From positions 1,132 to 65,131 of the forward strand of contig JAPLRW010000271.1 in assembly GCA_026398935.1 (NCBI GenBank): a stretch of 64,000 nucleotides of DNA, written 5' to 3'. A model generated the notes under the pieces. That model did no database searches. It was not told the origin of the DNA and saw only the letters and a program-made list of their open reading frames with translations. The translations under genes were made by a program, and so were the position numbers. Of this stretch, positions 40,454 through 50,202 are shown piece by piece. The DNA is from Methylococcales bacterium. Its GTDB lineage: Bacteria > Pseudomonadota > Gammaproteobacteria > Methylococcales > Methylomonadaceae. How positions within the stretch are numbered: position 1 is the first letter of the stretch; each line of letters starts with the position of its first letter.

Positions 40454-43400
40454 TATTTCTCTCTATTAGTGTTTTTAATGTTTTTCTTTAACCAAGAAAA
40501 ATCCGTTAATCCGTACCAAGTTTTTTGTAGCAAGCCATCATTTTCACGTAAGCGAATAACCTGGGGATTGTCCCACTGCCCCAAGATTTTATACTCTGAA
40601 CCCAATAAAAATCCAGCCTGTGAATTACCCGTTACTGCTTCCAAGCTGAAGGTCAAAATTCTGTCCACAATTGTACCAGCAATAGGCAGGGCTGCAGAAC
40701 TTTTAGGCAGCACCCTAGCGTGATAATCCATAGAGCGCTCCGCCAAATGGGCAACGCCAGTAATATTGACTTCAGCGGGTACGGCATCAACCACAAGATT
40801 GTTGGTTATCGCATCGCCCTTATCGAGATCAAAATGCCCGTGAATCCGATTAAACGTCAGTCCTTCTGAGAGCATATCGCTAAAATCCAAACGTAAACGC
40901 CGCTCCCATTGCTCAAACGCTAAAAAACCTAACGGCTACTGCGTCGGTTGCTTTTAAGTCTTGCGCAACGCCCATCGTCGATAAAAACTCACCAAACCCA
41001 CGCATAGCAAAGGTACCCTTTACGGTCGTTAATTGCTTCTCGGCATTATTAATCGTCCAATCGCCTGTCAAATTTAATTCGCCTTGTGCATTTTTAAGGC
41101 TCATCTGCTTAAATGCAATGCCATTAGGGATACGCGCAGTGTCGAGTGCTAACATGCCCACATTAACGCCCTCCCATACAACTTGTTTACTGGTGAGGTT
41201 AAATAAAGGCAAGTGTTTATCCTCAATCAATTGCGGCTCACTGGCTTTTAAATGGCTTAATCCGGATAAATTGATATACTCCAGATCCAGTAACATCGGC
41301 TTGTCTTGCGTTGCGTCCGAAGGCTTATCAATATGTCCTTTCAATAATTGGCTATCAATATCCATGTGCCAAGCTTGCTGTGCGTGCTGCATTTGTGCGT
41401 CTAGCTTACCCAAAGGCTGTCCTTGCCATAATGCCTGATTGGCTTTTAGGGTTATCTGTTCAAAGAAAGGGGGAGAGGGGGCAAGGGCGGCCTCCGTTTC
41501 CGAACTGGCTAAATCAATCCAATCGGCTAGCGTACACTGTTCTACATTAATCCTTAAGTTACCGCCTTTTGCAGGAACAGCGCCCAATTCACCCGCGCCA
41601 ATGCGTACTTCGGCGGCGACCAATGATTTTTCTTTCGTATTAAGCACCATAGATGCCTGCAGAAGCTTGTCCATCTGCAACGTCATCGGCAGTAGCGCCC
41701 CTTCGGTCAAGTTCATGTGTAAATTAACGGGACGTGCTACGGCAGCCAATTTGGCTAGATTATCAGGCAATCTAAGTGCGACACCCACTAAGTCAGATTT
41801 TAATGTGAGGCTTGCAGGCGTCTTATTATTGGGGAGCGTTAAGTTGAGCTGATAATCTGTATCACCCTGCGCATATCGCCAAAGGGGTATGCCAAATTGT
41901 TGTTGCAAATCGATAACATCGGTATGCCCCAAAACAGTCAGCAACATCTTTTCTGTGTTATTTTTAATACTGACATTAATGCCACCGTCTAATGTCTGTC
42001 CTTGTAATTGCCCCGCAATAATACCTCGCTCATTAAATGCAATCTCTCCTTGCAGATGACTGACGGGTAGGGTTAGGGGCAGTACATTTAAACTGACATC
42101 TTGCAAGAGTAAGGAGCCTTGCAATTTTAAAGCATTCTGGTCGACAATCGGCACTTGAATCGCCAAATTGATGGGCGCCAATCCTTGCGGAGTAATGATT
42201 TGTAACAAACGATCAACTTCGTTCTTTATCGGGGACTGCCGCAAATACCCCAGCGTTTGCATAATGTCGCCCGCACCTTTTATATCCACGTTAATATAAG
42301 GATTGACCTGAAAAAAAGACGGGACATTTAAATCGAATTGTTGCAACTTAGCGCCCTGTACGCTGGCTTGTAAGGCGCTAATCTGCATGCCACCGTTATA
42401 AAACAAGACTTCTGCATCAATGTCCCGAACGGGCTCCCAATCTGGGGCATACCGAAAATCGATGCTTTTAAAATCAAGAATTAACTCAAACACGCCTTGT
42501 TTGTGCGGAAAAGGAAAGTCAGCTACGGCTCCTGAAAATAAAAAACCGCGAGGATTAACATACCCCTTAAGCAAGGCTTGTTTTAACCAATTGACGGAGT
42601 CTGTCCCCATCAATCCATCCGGCCAGTAAATTCCAAAGGATTTTATATCACGGCTGCCATTAAAAACGCTCTGCACATCCATCCAGACAGCATGCGTCGA
42701 ACGATTTATTTTAAGTTGCACGTGGCTGTTTGCTTGCATATCAGGCACTGCAAGCGCCAGATTTTGACTGGTGATTACCCAATTCTCAGCGTCTTGTTGC
42801 CACAAAATTTGCGTATGTAGGTCATTTATAGGCAACGGTTTGGCAAAAATACGCGGCAAATCTAGCGCTGTATTTTTGATAGCAAGATCAACAGTGCCTT
42901 GTTGTTGATTGCCCTGAATGTGCCCACTGATATTTGTTATCCCGGGAAAATCATCATGCGTGGCTAATGAAATATGTTCAAAAGCACTTTGTACCGCAAA
43001 TTGCTTAGCGTCCGGTGCTAGCATCAATGAAACGGACTTAAGTTGCCCCTGTAACGCATCAACGGGAAAAGGCAGCGCATCGGCTACACCAAAAAAACGC
43101 CCGACTTGTGCGCTTTGTTGCAAATCAAGCTGTGGTATTTGAATTTCCACACGAGATAAGTCAGCGCTGTGTGCGGTACTTGTACCTTTTAACAATACGC
43201 GAGTATCGGTGAGCTGTATCGCAGCCGAGTTAACGGATAGTGCATCAATCCGTAATGCCCACTGCTCATTTTGATTAATCCAGTTAAAGCGGTTGCGTAA
43301 TTGTTTAATCGCTAAGAGTGCTTGCGCTGGTCGTTGTAGCACCAGTTGCTGTAATTGTGTCGTACCTGTGATAGCTTGCAATTGCGAGTGCTGCCAATAA

Positions 43401-44224
43401 CTCCAGACATTTATCGTACCAACTCCGTCAGTCACCCGGAGATCTAAAGGAAGCGGGTACGCCGTTAATAGCTTAGCTAACTCTAACTGCTTACCTTCAA
43501 TGTAAATTAAACCATTGATACCATCGGCTGTTAAAAAATTACCCCGTAGCTGCATGGACACACTAATGGTGTCACCGTAAGGTTTGGGCAAGGTTACCAG
43601 CATATTAATCAAGTGCCGCTGCCCATCTTGATCGCTTTTCAGGGTCACATTAGCCTCTTTAAAAACCAATGCATCCTTTATGGGTTTGGCTGGCAGCAGT
43701 GAAGGGGATTTTTTTGATGTCGCAGGGAGCATTTCATCCAGCCAAGTTATTTGGCTGTGTAACATTTCAAATTGCGCGGTGTGAAGTATCCATGTGGGCG
43801 GTTCAGTGTTGCTGGCGGGCAAGCCACGCACCGCAATGCTGCCATCGAGATGACGAACGACGGTAGTACGCGCTCCGACTAAGGTGATCCAAGAGGACGC
43901 AAGAATTTGTTTTTGCCCATAACTTTGCAATAAATCCATGCTAAGCCGGATTTCCTGTACATCAAGAGGGGCTTTTTGTGTTGGATCTTCCGCTAAAATT
44001 TGTACGTTTTTTAACAATAATTCAGGTCTAAAACCACGCATGCCTGCGCCTAGGTGGCCAATCTTAACGGGTGCGGAAATTTCTTTGCTGACAATGATTT
44101 CCAGATCTTCTTTGTAATCATTGATGACGCTTAAAATCAAGCGAATAGCGGTTAGGATAAGTGCTATTGTAAGCAATCCCCAAAAAATCAGATGCCGCGT
44201 GGCTCGAGTGATATGATGAATCAT
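40453..44224 (-). pseudogene. yhdP: AsmA-like/YhdP family large envelope protein, split by a +1 frameshift in a homopolymer
   Basis: ORFs 40913..44224 (1103 aa, N-terminal TM anchor) and 40453..40890 (145 aa, contains the ..RRLRLDFSDML.. C-terminal block) are one gene of about 1260 aa. Reading the A6 run (40922-40927; T6 on the coding strand) as 5 nt fuses them (..AVAVRF-LAFEQWERRLRLDFSD..). Confidence 0.8.
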
Positions 44225-44300
44225 GCCAACTGATCAAAATGAGGAATAATATCTTGCGCTAGCAATAGATCCTGCCATGCGTCAGTGCGAAAAAGAACCG

Positions 44301-45755
44301 TTAAAGCAAAACCACATCATATTGTTCCTGATTGTATTCTGCCTCGGCTCTAAATCGAATTTCCACTTTCAGAAAATTTTCTAATTCTGCTAGCGTATCC
44401 GCCTCTTCATCCAATAACATCTCAACCACATCGTTAGATGCCAACACCAGCAATTGCTGGACATTAAACTGGCGAACTTCGCGAATAATTTCACGGAAAA
44501 TTTCTAAACACATTGACTCGGCAGTTTTCAATACGCCACGCCCACCACAGGCACAGCAAGGTTCGCATAAAATATGCTCCAGACTTTCACGCGTGCGTTT
44601 ACGCGTCATTTCAACCAATCCCAGCGCAGATACCTCGGTTATTTTGGTTTTTGCGTTATCTTTACTTAATAGCGCACTTAAGGTTTCTAAAACTTGCTTA
44701 CGGTGCTCCTCGCTCTGCATATCAATAAAGTCAATAATGATAATGCCGCCTAAATTACGCAGTCGCAATTGCCTGGAAATTGTTTGCGCGGCTTCTAAAT
44801 TGGTTTTAAAAATAGTTTCTTCTAAATTGCGCCCCCCAACATAGCTGCCGGTATTGACGTCAATAGTGGTCATGGCTTCCGTTTGATCAAACACCAAATG
44901 TCCACCAGATTTTAATTTAACTTTACGCTCTAATGCCTTGGATATTTCGTCTTCGACATTGTAAATATCAAAGACGGGGCGATCACCTTTGTAGTGTTCA
45001 ATAACGGGAACAATTTCAGGTACAAAAATCTCTGCAAATTCGACTAAGCGTAGATAGGTTTCTTTAGAATCGACGCGCACGCGTTCAATGCCTTCGCGAT
45101 AAAGATCCCGTAGGGTGCGTATACTTAACGGCAGGTCTTTATGCACCAATTCTTTCGGGGCGATGGTGTTGATATTTTCTTCAATGGATTGCCAAAGCTT
45201 TAGCAAAAAAGTCATATCAGAACACAGAATGGGTTCTTCTATACATTCAGCAGCAGTACGCGCAATAAAGCCACCACATTTATTCTGTTTTTGATAGCCG
45301 TCTAAGCAGGCCCGCAAACGAACCCTTTCGTGTTCGGCTTCAATACGTTGTGATACCCCACAATTCTTAGCATAGGGCATATACACTTGGAATCGAGAAG
45401 GGATGGCAATTTCTGTCGTTAATCTTGCACCTTTGCTACCCAATGAGTCTTTGGTGACCTGCACGATAATGGACTGGCCTTCGCGCAAGTAATGCTCAAT
45501 GTTTTCAGAGCCTTTTTTTTCTAAATCTCGCGTACACAGATCGGAAAGGTGCAAAAACGCCGCGCGCGCTAAGCCAATATCGACAAACGCCGCCTGCATC
45601 CCTGGAAGGACTCGGCACACCTCGCCTTTATAAATATTGCCCACTAAACCACGCTGCCGGGTTCGCTCTATAATGAGCTCTTGTAAAACCCCATTTTCGA
45701 TCACCGCTACGCGCGTCTCAGGGGGGGTCACATTAATTAAGATTTCTTCAGTCAT
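44301..45755 (-). CDS. rng: ribonuclease G
   Basis: 484 aa with an S1 domain N-terminus and an RNase E/G catalytic core (..IDVNTGS..). It keeps the conserved maf-rng-yhdP order. Confidence 0.93.
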   Translation of the reverse strand: MTEEILINVTPPETRVAVIENGVLQELIIERTRQRGLVGNIYKGEVCRVLPGMQAAFVDIGLARAAFLHLSDLCTRDLEKKGSENIEHYLREGQSIIVQVTKDSLGSKGARLTTEIAIPSRFQVYMPYAKNCGVSQRIEAEHERVRLRACLDGYQKQNKCGGFIARTAAECIEEPILCSDMTFLLKLWQSIEENINTIAPKELVHKDLPLSIRTLRDLYREGIERVRVDSKETYLRLVEFAEIFVPEIVPVIEHYKGDRPVFDIYNVEDEISKALERKVKLKSGGHLVFDQTEAMTTIDVNTGSYVGGRNLEETIFKTNLEAAQTISRQLRLRNLGGIIIIDFIDMQSEEHRKQVLETLSALLSKDNAKTKITEVSALGLVEMTRKRTRESLEHILCEPCCACGGRGVLKTAESMCLEIFREIIREVRQFNVQQLLVLASNDVVEMLLDEEADTLAELENFLKVEIRFRAEAEYNQEQYDVVLL

Positions 45756-46326
45756 GGCCTATTTTAATCCCTACCCGCTCCAAAAGGCTGGCCGTCTCGA
45801 AGATAGGCAAGCCAACAACGCCTGAAAAACTCCCCTGAATAGCCGCAACAAAAACACCTCCCAGACCCTGAATCGCATAGCTACCGGCTTTATCAACCGG
45901 TTCGCCCGTTTTCCAATAGGCGATGATTTCTGTCATCGTCAACTGCCTGAACGTGACCTCCGTAATGCTAACCGTATGCCAATGCTCTGTAGCCACTCTT
46001 AATGATACTGCGGTATACACCTGATGGGTACGCCCAGATAATTGTAGCAGCATTTTGACTGCGTCAGCCTCATCTTCCGGCTTACCTAGAATCATTCCAT
46101 CACAAACGACTGTCGTATCCGCGGCTAATATGGGTAAATGGGAGGTATTTCGCGATTGCACCCACGCTGATTTTTCTGTAGCGATTCGTGTTACATAAGC
46201 TAAAGGTGCCTCGTTTAACAAGGGCGTTTCGTCCAAATCAGCCGCCTGAACGGTATAGCGAATGCCTATTTGGTCGAGCAGTTCACGACGCCTCGGTGAC
46301 TGCGAGGCTAAAATAAGGTGTGGCAT
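45748..46326 (-). CDS. maf: Maf-like nucleoside triphosphate pyrophosphatase
   Basis: MPHLILASQSPRRRELL is the Maf N-terminus, with AGSYAIQG near the C-terminus. ATG 46326 is preferred over the longer ORF reaching 46392, which overlaps rlmH. Confidence 0.9.
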   Translation of the reverse strand: MPHLILASQSPRRRELLDQIGIRYTVQAADLDETPLLNEAPLAYVTRIATEKSAWVQSRNTSHLPILAADTTVVCDGMILGKPEDEADAVKMLLQLSGRTHQVYTAVSLRVATEHWHTVSITEVTFRQLTMTEIIAYWKTGEPVDKAGSYAIQGLGGVFVAAIQGSFSGVVGLPIFETASLLERVGIKIGHD

Positions 46327-46330
46327 AACA

Positions 46331-46798
46331 TTAACGGTGATAGGGGTGGTTGTGCAAGATGCTCCAAGCACGGTAGAGTTGCTCGGCAACAATAACCCGC
46401 ACTAAGGGGTGCGGTAACGTGAGCGTAGAAAGACTCCATGATTCATGCGCCGATTGCTTCGCCGCGGCTGATAATCCCTCAGGGCCACCAATAAGTAAGG
46501 CGACATGTTGCCCTCCTTTAAGCCAGCGTTGCAAAGCATCGGCCAATTCAACGGTTGTCCAGGGCTTGCCGGGGATATCCAACGTCACAATGTGCGTATC
46601 GCGATTGATTGCGGCTAGCATTCGCTCACCCTCATCTTTAACAATACGCTCCACATCACTATTTTTAGTTCGCTTACCGGGGGCAATTTCTTTTAACGTT
46701 AATTCGCATTCTCGCGGTAGGCGCTTAGCATATTCATCATAACCCGCTTGTATCCATCCGGGCATGCGGTTACCCACCGTAATTAATTGTATTTGCAC
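46331..46798 (-). CDS. rlmH: 23S rRNA (pseudouridine1915-N3)-methyltransferase
   Basis: 155 aa of the SPOUT family. [27 protein letters not shown] and IGGPEGLS motifs. Confidence 0.93.
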   Translation of the reverse strand: MQIQLITVGNRMPGWIQAGYDEYAKRLPRECELTLKEIAPGKRTKNSDVERIVKDEGERMLAAINRDTHIVTLDIPGKPWTTVELADALQRWLKGGQHVALLIGGPEGLSAAAKQSAHESWSLSTLTLPHPLVRVIVAEQLYRAWSILHNHPYHR

Positions 46799-46943
46799 TG
46801 GCGACCTTTAAGTTGTAGCGGGCAGCATACACACAACATTGACGAGATGCAATGACTCCCTAAGTCAATTTTGAGGGTATTTTTTTAAACCAAAAGTTGT
46901 TATTATTGCCCAATAGGTTAATTTTCATAAGCGGGATGGGTGC

Positions 46944-47402
46944 ATGGACTTTAAAAGCAAGCTTTTTGGTGAACAGTTGATCGACCCCGATACCATTATC
47001 ACCTTTCCAAACGGTATTCCCGGTTTTGAAGCACAAAAACAGTACAAGCTGTTTCATCAGGAAGGCAGCCACATTGTTTACTGGTTACAATGTTTAGATG
47101 ACGAAGATCTGGTTTTTTCAGTGGCGAGTCCGGCGCATTTCAATATCAACTACAATTTTATGTTAACTACAGCGGAGGAAGTTACCTTAAAGCTATCCAA
47201 TGCTGAAGATGTGGTTATATTAATTCTCTTACATAAAGCTGACATAGAAAGCGAAGGGCAGCCAACCATCAAAGGCTCCATCAAATCCCCACTGGTTATT
47301 AATTGTAAAGAAAGACTCGGAATACAAAAAGTACTGGTGGATATTGAACAAAGCATTACCTTAACTGAAAAAAGTAATGCTATTGAAGTAACGGAGTTGT
47401 AA
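46944..47402 (+). CDS. fliW: flagellar assembly factor FliW (DUF180) family protein
   Basis: 152 aa. ITFPNGIPGFEAQKQYKLF, WLQCLDDEDLVF and IKSPLVINCKERLGIQKVL follow the FliW pattern (FP.G.PGFE..F.L, LQS.., aPlviN...g.Q.vl). Confidence 0.8.
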   Translation: MDFKSKLFGEQLIDPDTIITFPNGIPGFEAQKQYKLFHQEGSHIVYWLQCLDDEDLVFSVASPAHFNINYNFMLTTAEEVTLKLSNAEDVVILILLHKADIESEGQPTIKGSIKSPLVINCKERLGIQKVLVDIEQSITLTEKSNAIEVTEL

Positions 47403-47528
47403 AAATATACGGTATAACCGCTCACCTTATGAATGCTGCTAAACACATATTGACTTACGCGCCTTTCCGGGAATTTTTGATCTATAAGCAGTAAAAAGGC
47501 GCTCCGTTTGTATAGTTGCTAACGATAA

Positions 47529-47909
47529 TCAGGCCATTTGTACAGGAATAGAATCGCCGGAACGTATAACCTCGTTATGTTGATTAAAGTACACTAATAC
47601 AGGTTTATGTGCTGTAACTTCTTGTTCATCCAGCGAGCAATAAGTACAAATAATCAGTATATCCCCTACAGCAGCTAGTCGTGCTGCTGCGCCATTCACT
47701 GAAAAAATCTTTGATCCCGCCTCTGCACGTATTGCATACGTAGTAAATCGCGCACCATTATTTACATTGTAAATTTGTATTTGTTCATATTCTCTAATTC
47801 CAGACAGGTCTAAAACCTTACCATCAATGGCACAAGAACCTTCGTAACCTAATTCAGAATGCGTTACGCTAGGTCGGTGAAGTTTTGCTTTAAGCATTGT
47901 AGTTTGCAT
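47529..47909 (-). CDS. panD: aspartate 1-decarboxylase
   Basis: [26 protein letters not shown] contains the G-S self-cleavage site (YEGS). 126 aa. Confidence 0.95.
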   Translation of the reverse strand: MQTTMLKAKLHRPSVTHSELGYEGSCAIDGKVLDLSGIREYEQIQIYNVNNGARFTTYAIRAEAGSKIFSVNGAAARLAAVGDILIICTYCSLDEQEVTAHKPVLVYFNQHNEVIRSGDSIPVQMA

Positions 47910-47973
47910 AATATAAACAACTAAAAAATTTTACAGGCGAGCATTATGCCTTAAATTACCTCAGTCTTCAAAC

Positions 47974-48000
47974 GTAAGCCTTGTAAGCCTTGTATGGCTT
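47974..48000. repeat. three tandem copies of a 9-mer (GTAAGCCTT, GTAAGCCTT, GTATGGCTT)
   Basis: Read directly in the panD-mraZ intergenic region. Confidence 0.8.
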
Positions 48001-48315
48001 ATTTCAACCTAAAGCCTGAAATCAGTAAGCGGATTAATTTCGGCTAGTGTTCTTAATGTGTACAAATCAAGCAACTGACTGTTTTAGTCGGTAATTATTT
48101 GATGGATCGTCCATCACTGACAGCACTATCCACATCAAGTTACGCGTTATGACGCAGTCGACATTTTTTCTGACAGTAGAAGTAAGTTAGCAGGCATGAC
48201 AGCTAACATAATGAAAAAAAACAGGTGTATTTTTAGTGTACGGATAAATTCCGTTATTTTTTAAAGATCTATTCAAGTTATCGTCTAAAAACAAAAGTTT
48301 AGTTTGCTTTCACGC

Positions 48316-48344
48316 TTGACTAAGTGTCAATTGAAATTTATAGT
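48316..48344 (+). promoter_or_regulatory. near-consensus sigma-70 promoter of the dcw cluster (Pmra)
   Basis: TTGACT (48316-48321), a 17-nt spacer, then TATAGT (48339-48344), about 60 nt upstream of the mraZ start. Confidence 0.6.
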
Positions 48345-48360
48345 GGCAAATTTATGATGT

Positions 48361-48398
48361 AAAGTGGAGGAAAATGGAATTCCTAGGAAATTATAGGT
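48361..48398 (+). promoter_or_regulatory. candidate MraZ operator: four 10-bp-phased (T/A)GG repeats
   Basis: aaaGTGGAgg aaaaTGGAat tcctAGGAaa ttatAGGTca. The GG cores sit at 48366, 48376, 48386 and 48396, exactly 10 nt apart, between the -10 box and mraZ. The last copy may simply be the Shine-Dalgarno sequence. Confidence 0.4.
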
Positions 48399-48404
48399 CA
48401 TAAT

Positions 48405-48871
48405 TTGTTTCGCGGCATCAGTACCATTAATTTAGATACCAAAGGACGGATCGCTATCCCTACGCGTTATCGCGAGAGTTACAGTCTTGTTGTAATGGCC
48501 AACTGATTGTAACGGTTGCGGTTAATGAACGTTGTGTTGGTGAGCGGGGTTGCCTGTGGCTGTATCCTCTAGCCGAATGGGAACAACTTGAGCAAACCAT
48601 TAGTAAATTACCCACACTGAATAAAATGGCTGGAAAATTGCGCCGATTTGTTATTGGTAATGCGACAGAATGTGAAATGGATAATCAAGGACGCTTGCTA
48701 TTACCTGAAAAGTTAAGAGCATTTGCTGAAATGGATAAAAAATTGATTCTGCTCGGGCAGCTAAATAAATTTGAAATTTGGAATGACACCGCTTGGCTCA
48801 CAAAAGAACACGAATGGTTAGATAGTGATGATCGTGAAGGCCTTGAAGAATTAGAGTCATTAGCCTTTTAA
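48405..48871 (+). pseudogene. mraZ: transcriptional regulator MraZ, interrupted by a 1-nt frameshift
   Basis: The frame from TTG 48405 reads MFRGISTINLDTKGRIAIPTRYRE and then stops at 48504. The rest (LQSCCNGQLIVTV..MAGKLRRFVIG..) continues in the -1 frame to 48871. The junction is at 48477-48478 (gagAGtta), which is one nucleotide short. Confidence 0.85.
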
Positions 48872-49003
48872 GCTAAGGCAAGCAGTACCGATTTTTAGCA
48901 TTTTTTGGTCGCTCTTTTGTGCGACTTTATTGCCTCTTGCATGAGGCTGAATGACCATCTCCGCTTTCGCCTAGAGGAGCATATACTTTAACGGAGCAGT
49001 TTT

Positions 49004-49930
49004 ATGGTGCATTTACCCGTCATGTTTAAGGAGGTTTTGGAGCAATTAGCAATCCGCCAAGACGGTTTTTATCTGGATTGCACCTTTGGCAGGGGAGGCC
49101 ATAGCGGTGGCATCTTAACGCAGCTCGGTGCCACGGGTCGATTGTTAGCGCTTGATCGCGATGTGGATGCTATTAGCTCAGAAGCGGCCAATGTGTTAGC
49201 AAAAGATTCACGCGTTCAGATACAGCACTGTTGTTTTTCTGCATTGGCCGGTGCGGTCAGTCAAGCAGGGGGCGATGGTTTGTTAGATGGTGTACTGATG
49301 GATCTCGGCGTTTCGTCGCCACAATTGGACAATGCCGAGCGCGGATTTAGTTTTTTAAGGGACGGCCCTTTGGATATGCGCATGGATACCAGTGCAGGCT
49401 TGTCCGCACAACAATGGCTAGCAACAGTCGCCGAACAACATTTGGTTAAGGTGTTGTTTGAGTATGGCGAGGAGCGTTACGCACGGCGCATTGCTGCCGC
49501 AATTGTCGCTGAGCGCGCCATTAATCCTATTACATCGACACGGCAACTGGCTAAGTTGATTGAAAATACTATTCCTAACAAAGAAAAACATAAACACCCT
49601 GCAACGCGTACTTTTCAAGCGATACGCATTGAGATCAATCAAGAGCTGGAAGAATTAAAAGCGGCTTTGCAACAATCTTTGCAGGTATTGAAACCCGGTG
49701 GAAGACTGGTGGTTATTGCGTTTCATTCTTTAGAAGATCGACTGGTTAAGCGGTTTATTAATAATGAGGCAGGAGCTAAACATCATCCCGGAAAATTGCC
49801 CATTAGAGAAGTTGATATTGTGAAAGGTGATTTAAAAAAAATGGGCAAAGCAATTAAAGCCAGCGCAGAAGAGACACGTCAAAATATACGCGCCCGTAGC
49901 GCGATTATGCGTGTAGCAGAGAAAGTATAG
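49004..49930 (+). CDS. rsmH: 16S rRNA (cytosine1402-N4)-methyltransferase
   Basis: HLPVMFKEVLE..DCTFGRGGHS and DLGVSSPQLD motifs. Second gene of the dcw cluster. Confidence 0.95.
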   Translation: MVHLPVMFKEVLEQLAIRQDGFYLDCTFGRGGHSGGILTQLGATGRLLALDRDVDAISSEAANVLAKDSRVQIQHCCFSALAGAVSQAGGDGLLDGVLMDLGVSSPQLDNAERGFSFLRDGPLDMRMDTSAGLSAQQWLATVAEQHLVKVLFEYGEERYARRIAAAIVAERAINPITSTRQLAKLIENTIPNKEKHKHPATRTFQAIRIEINQELEELKAALQQSLQVLKPGGRLVVIAFHSLEDRLVKRFINNEAGAKHHPGKLPIREVDIVKGDLKKMGKAIKASAEETRQNIRARSAIMRVAEKV

Positions 49931-50202
49931 TGCTTGCTATTCGTAATATCAGTTTAACAATACTGTGGCTAGTATTACTGGTCAGCGCAGTGCTGGTCAT
50001 TTATTACAAATATGAAACGCGCTCACTGTTTATTGAGATGCAAAAGCTTGAGCGTGATTTGGACAGCACCGAAATTGAATGGGGGCAATTGCAACTGGAG
50101 CTCACGACACTGACAGAACAAAATCGCATTGAACAATTTGCCAATACAAAATTAAAGTTGGTTGTGCCGCTTCGTGACAATATTATTTATATAAAGCCTT
50201 GA
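49930..50202 (+). CDS. ftsL: cell division protein FtsL
   Basis: 90 aa, a single TM followed by a coiled coil. GTG start overlaps the rsmH stop. The position is conserved. Confidence 0.85.
   Translation: MLAIRNISLTILWLVLLVSAVLVIYYKYETRSLFIEMQKLERDLDSTEIEWGQLQLELTTLTEQNRIEQFANTKLKLVVPLRDNIIYIKP

Noticed and set aside
41118-43866. Several 65-137-aa ORFs antisense to yhdP.
   Set aside because: All are embedded in the long yhdP coding region, and none has a convincing start context or motif.
44332-44844. A 170-aa ORF antisense to rng.
   Set aside because: It is a shadow ORF opposite a conserved RNase G gene, with a Ser-rich, low-complexity translation.
47910-48404. I looked for an RNase P RNA (rnpB), because I recall rnpB lying just upstream of mraZ in Pseudomonas.
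   Set aside because: No GAGGAAAGTCC-type conserved core or GC-rich helices are present, and the region is AT-rich.
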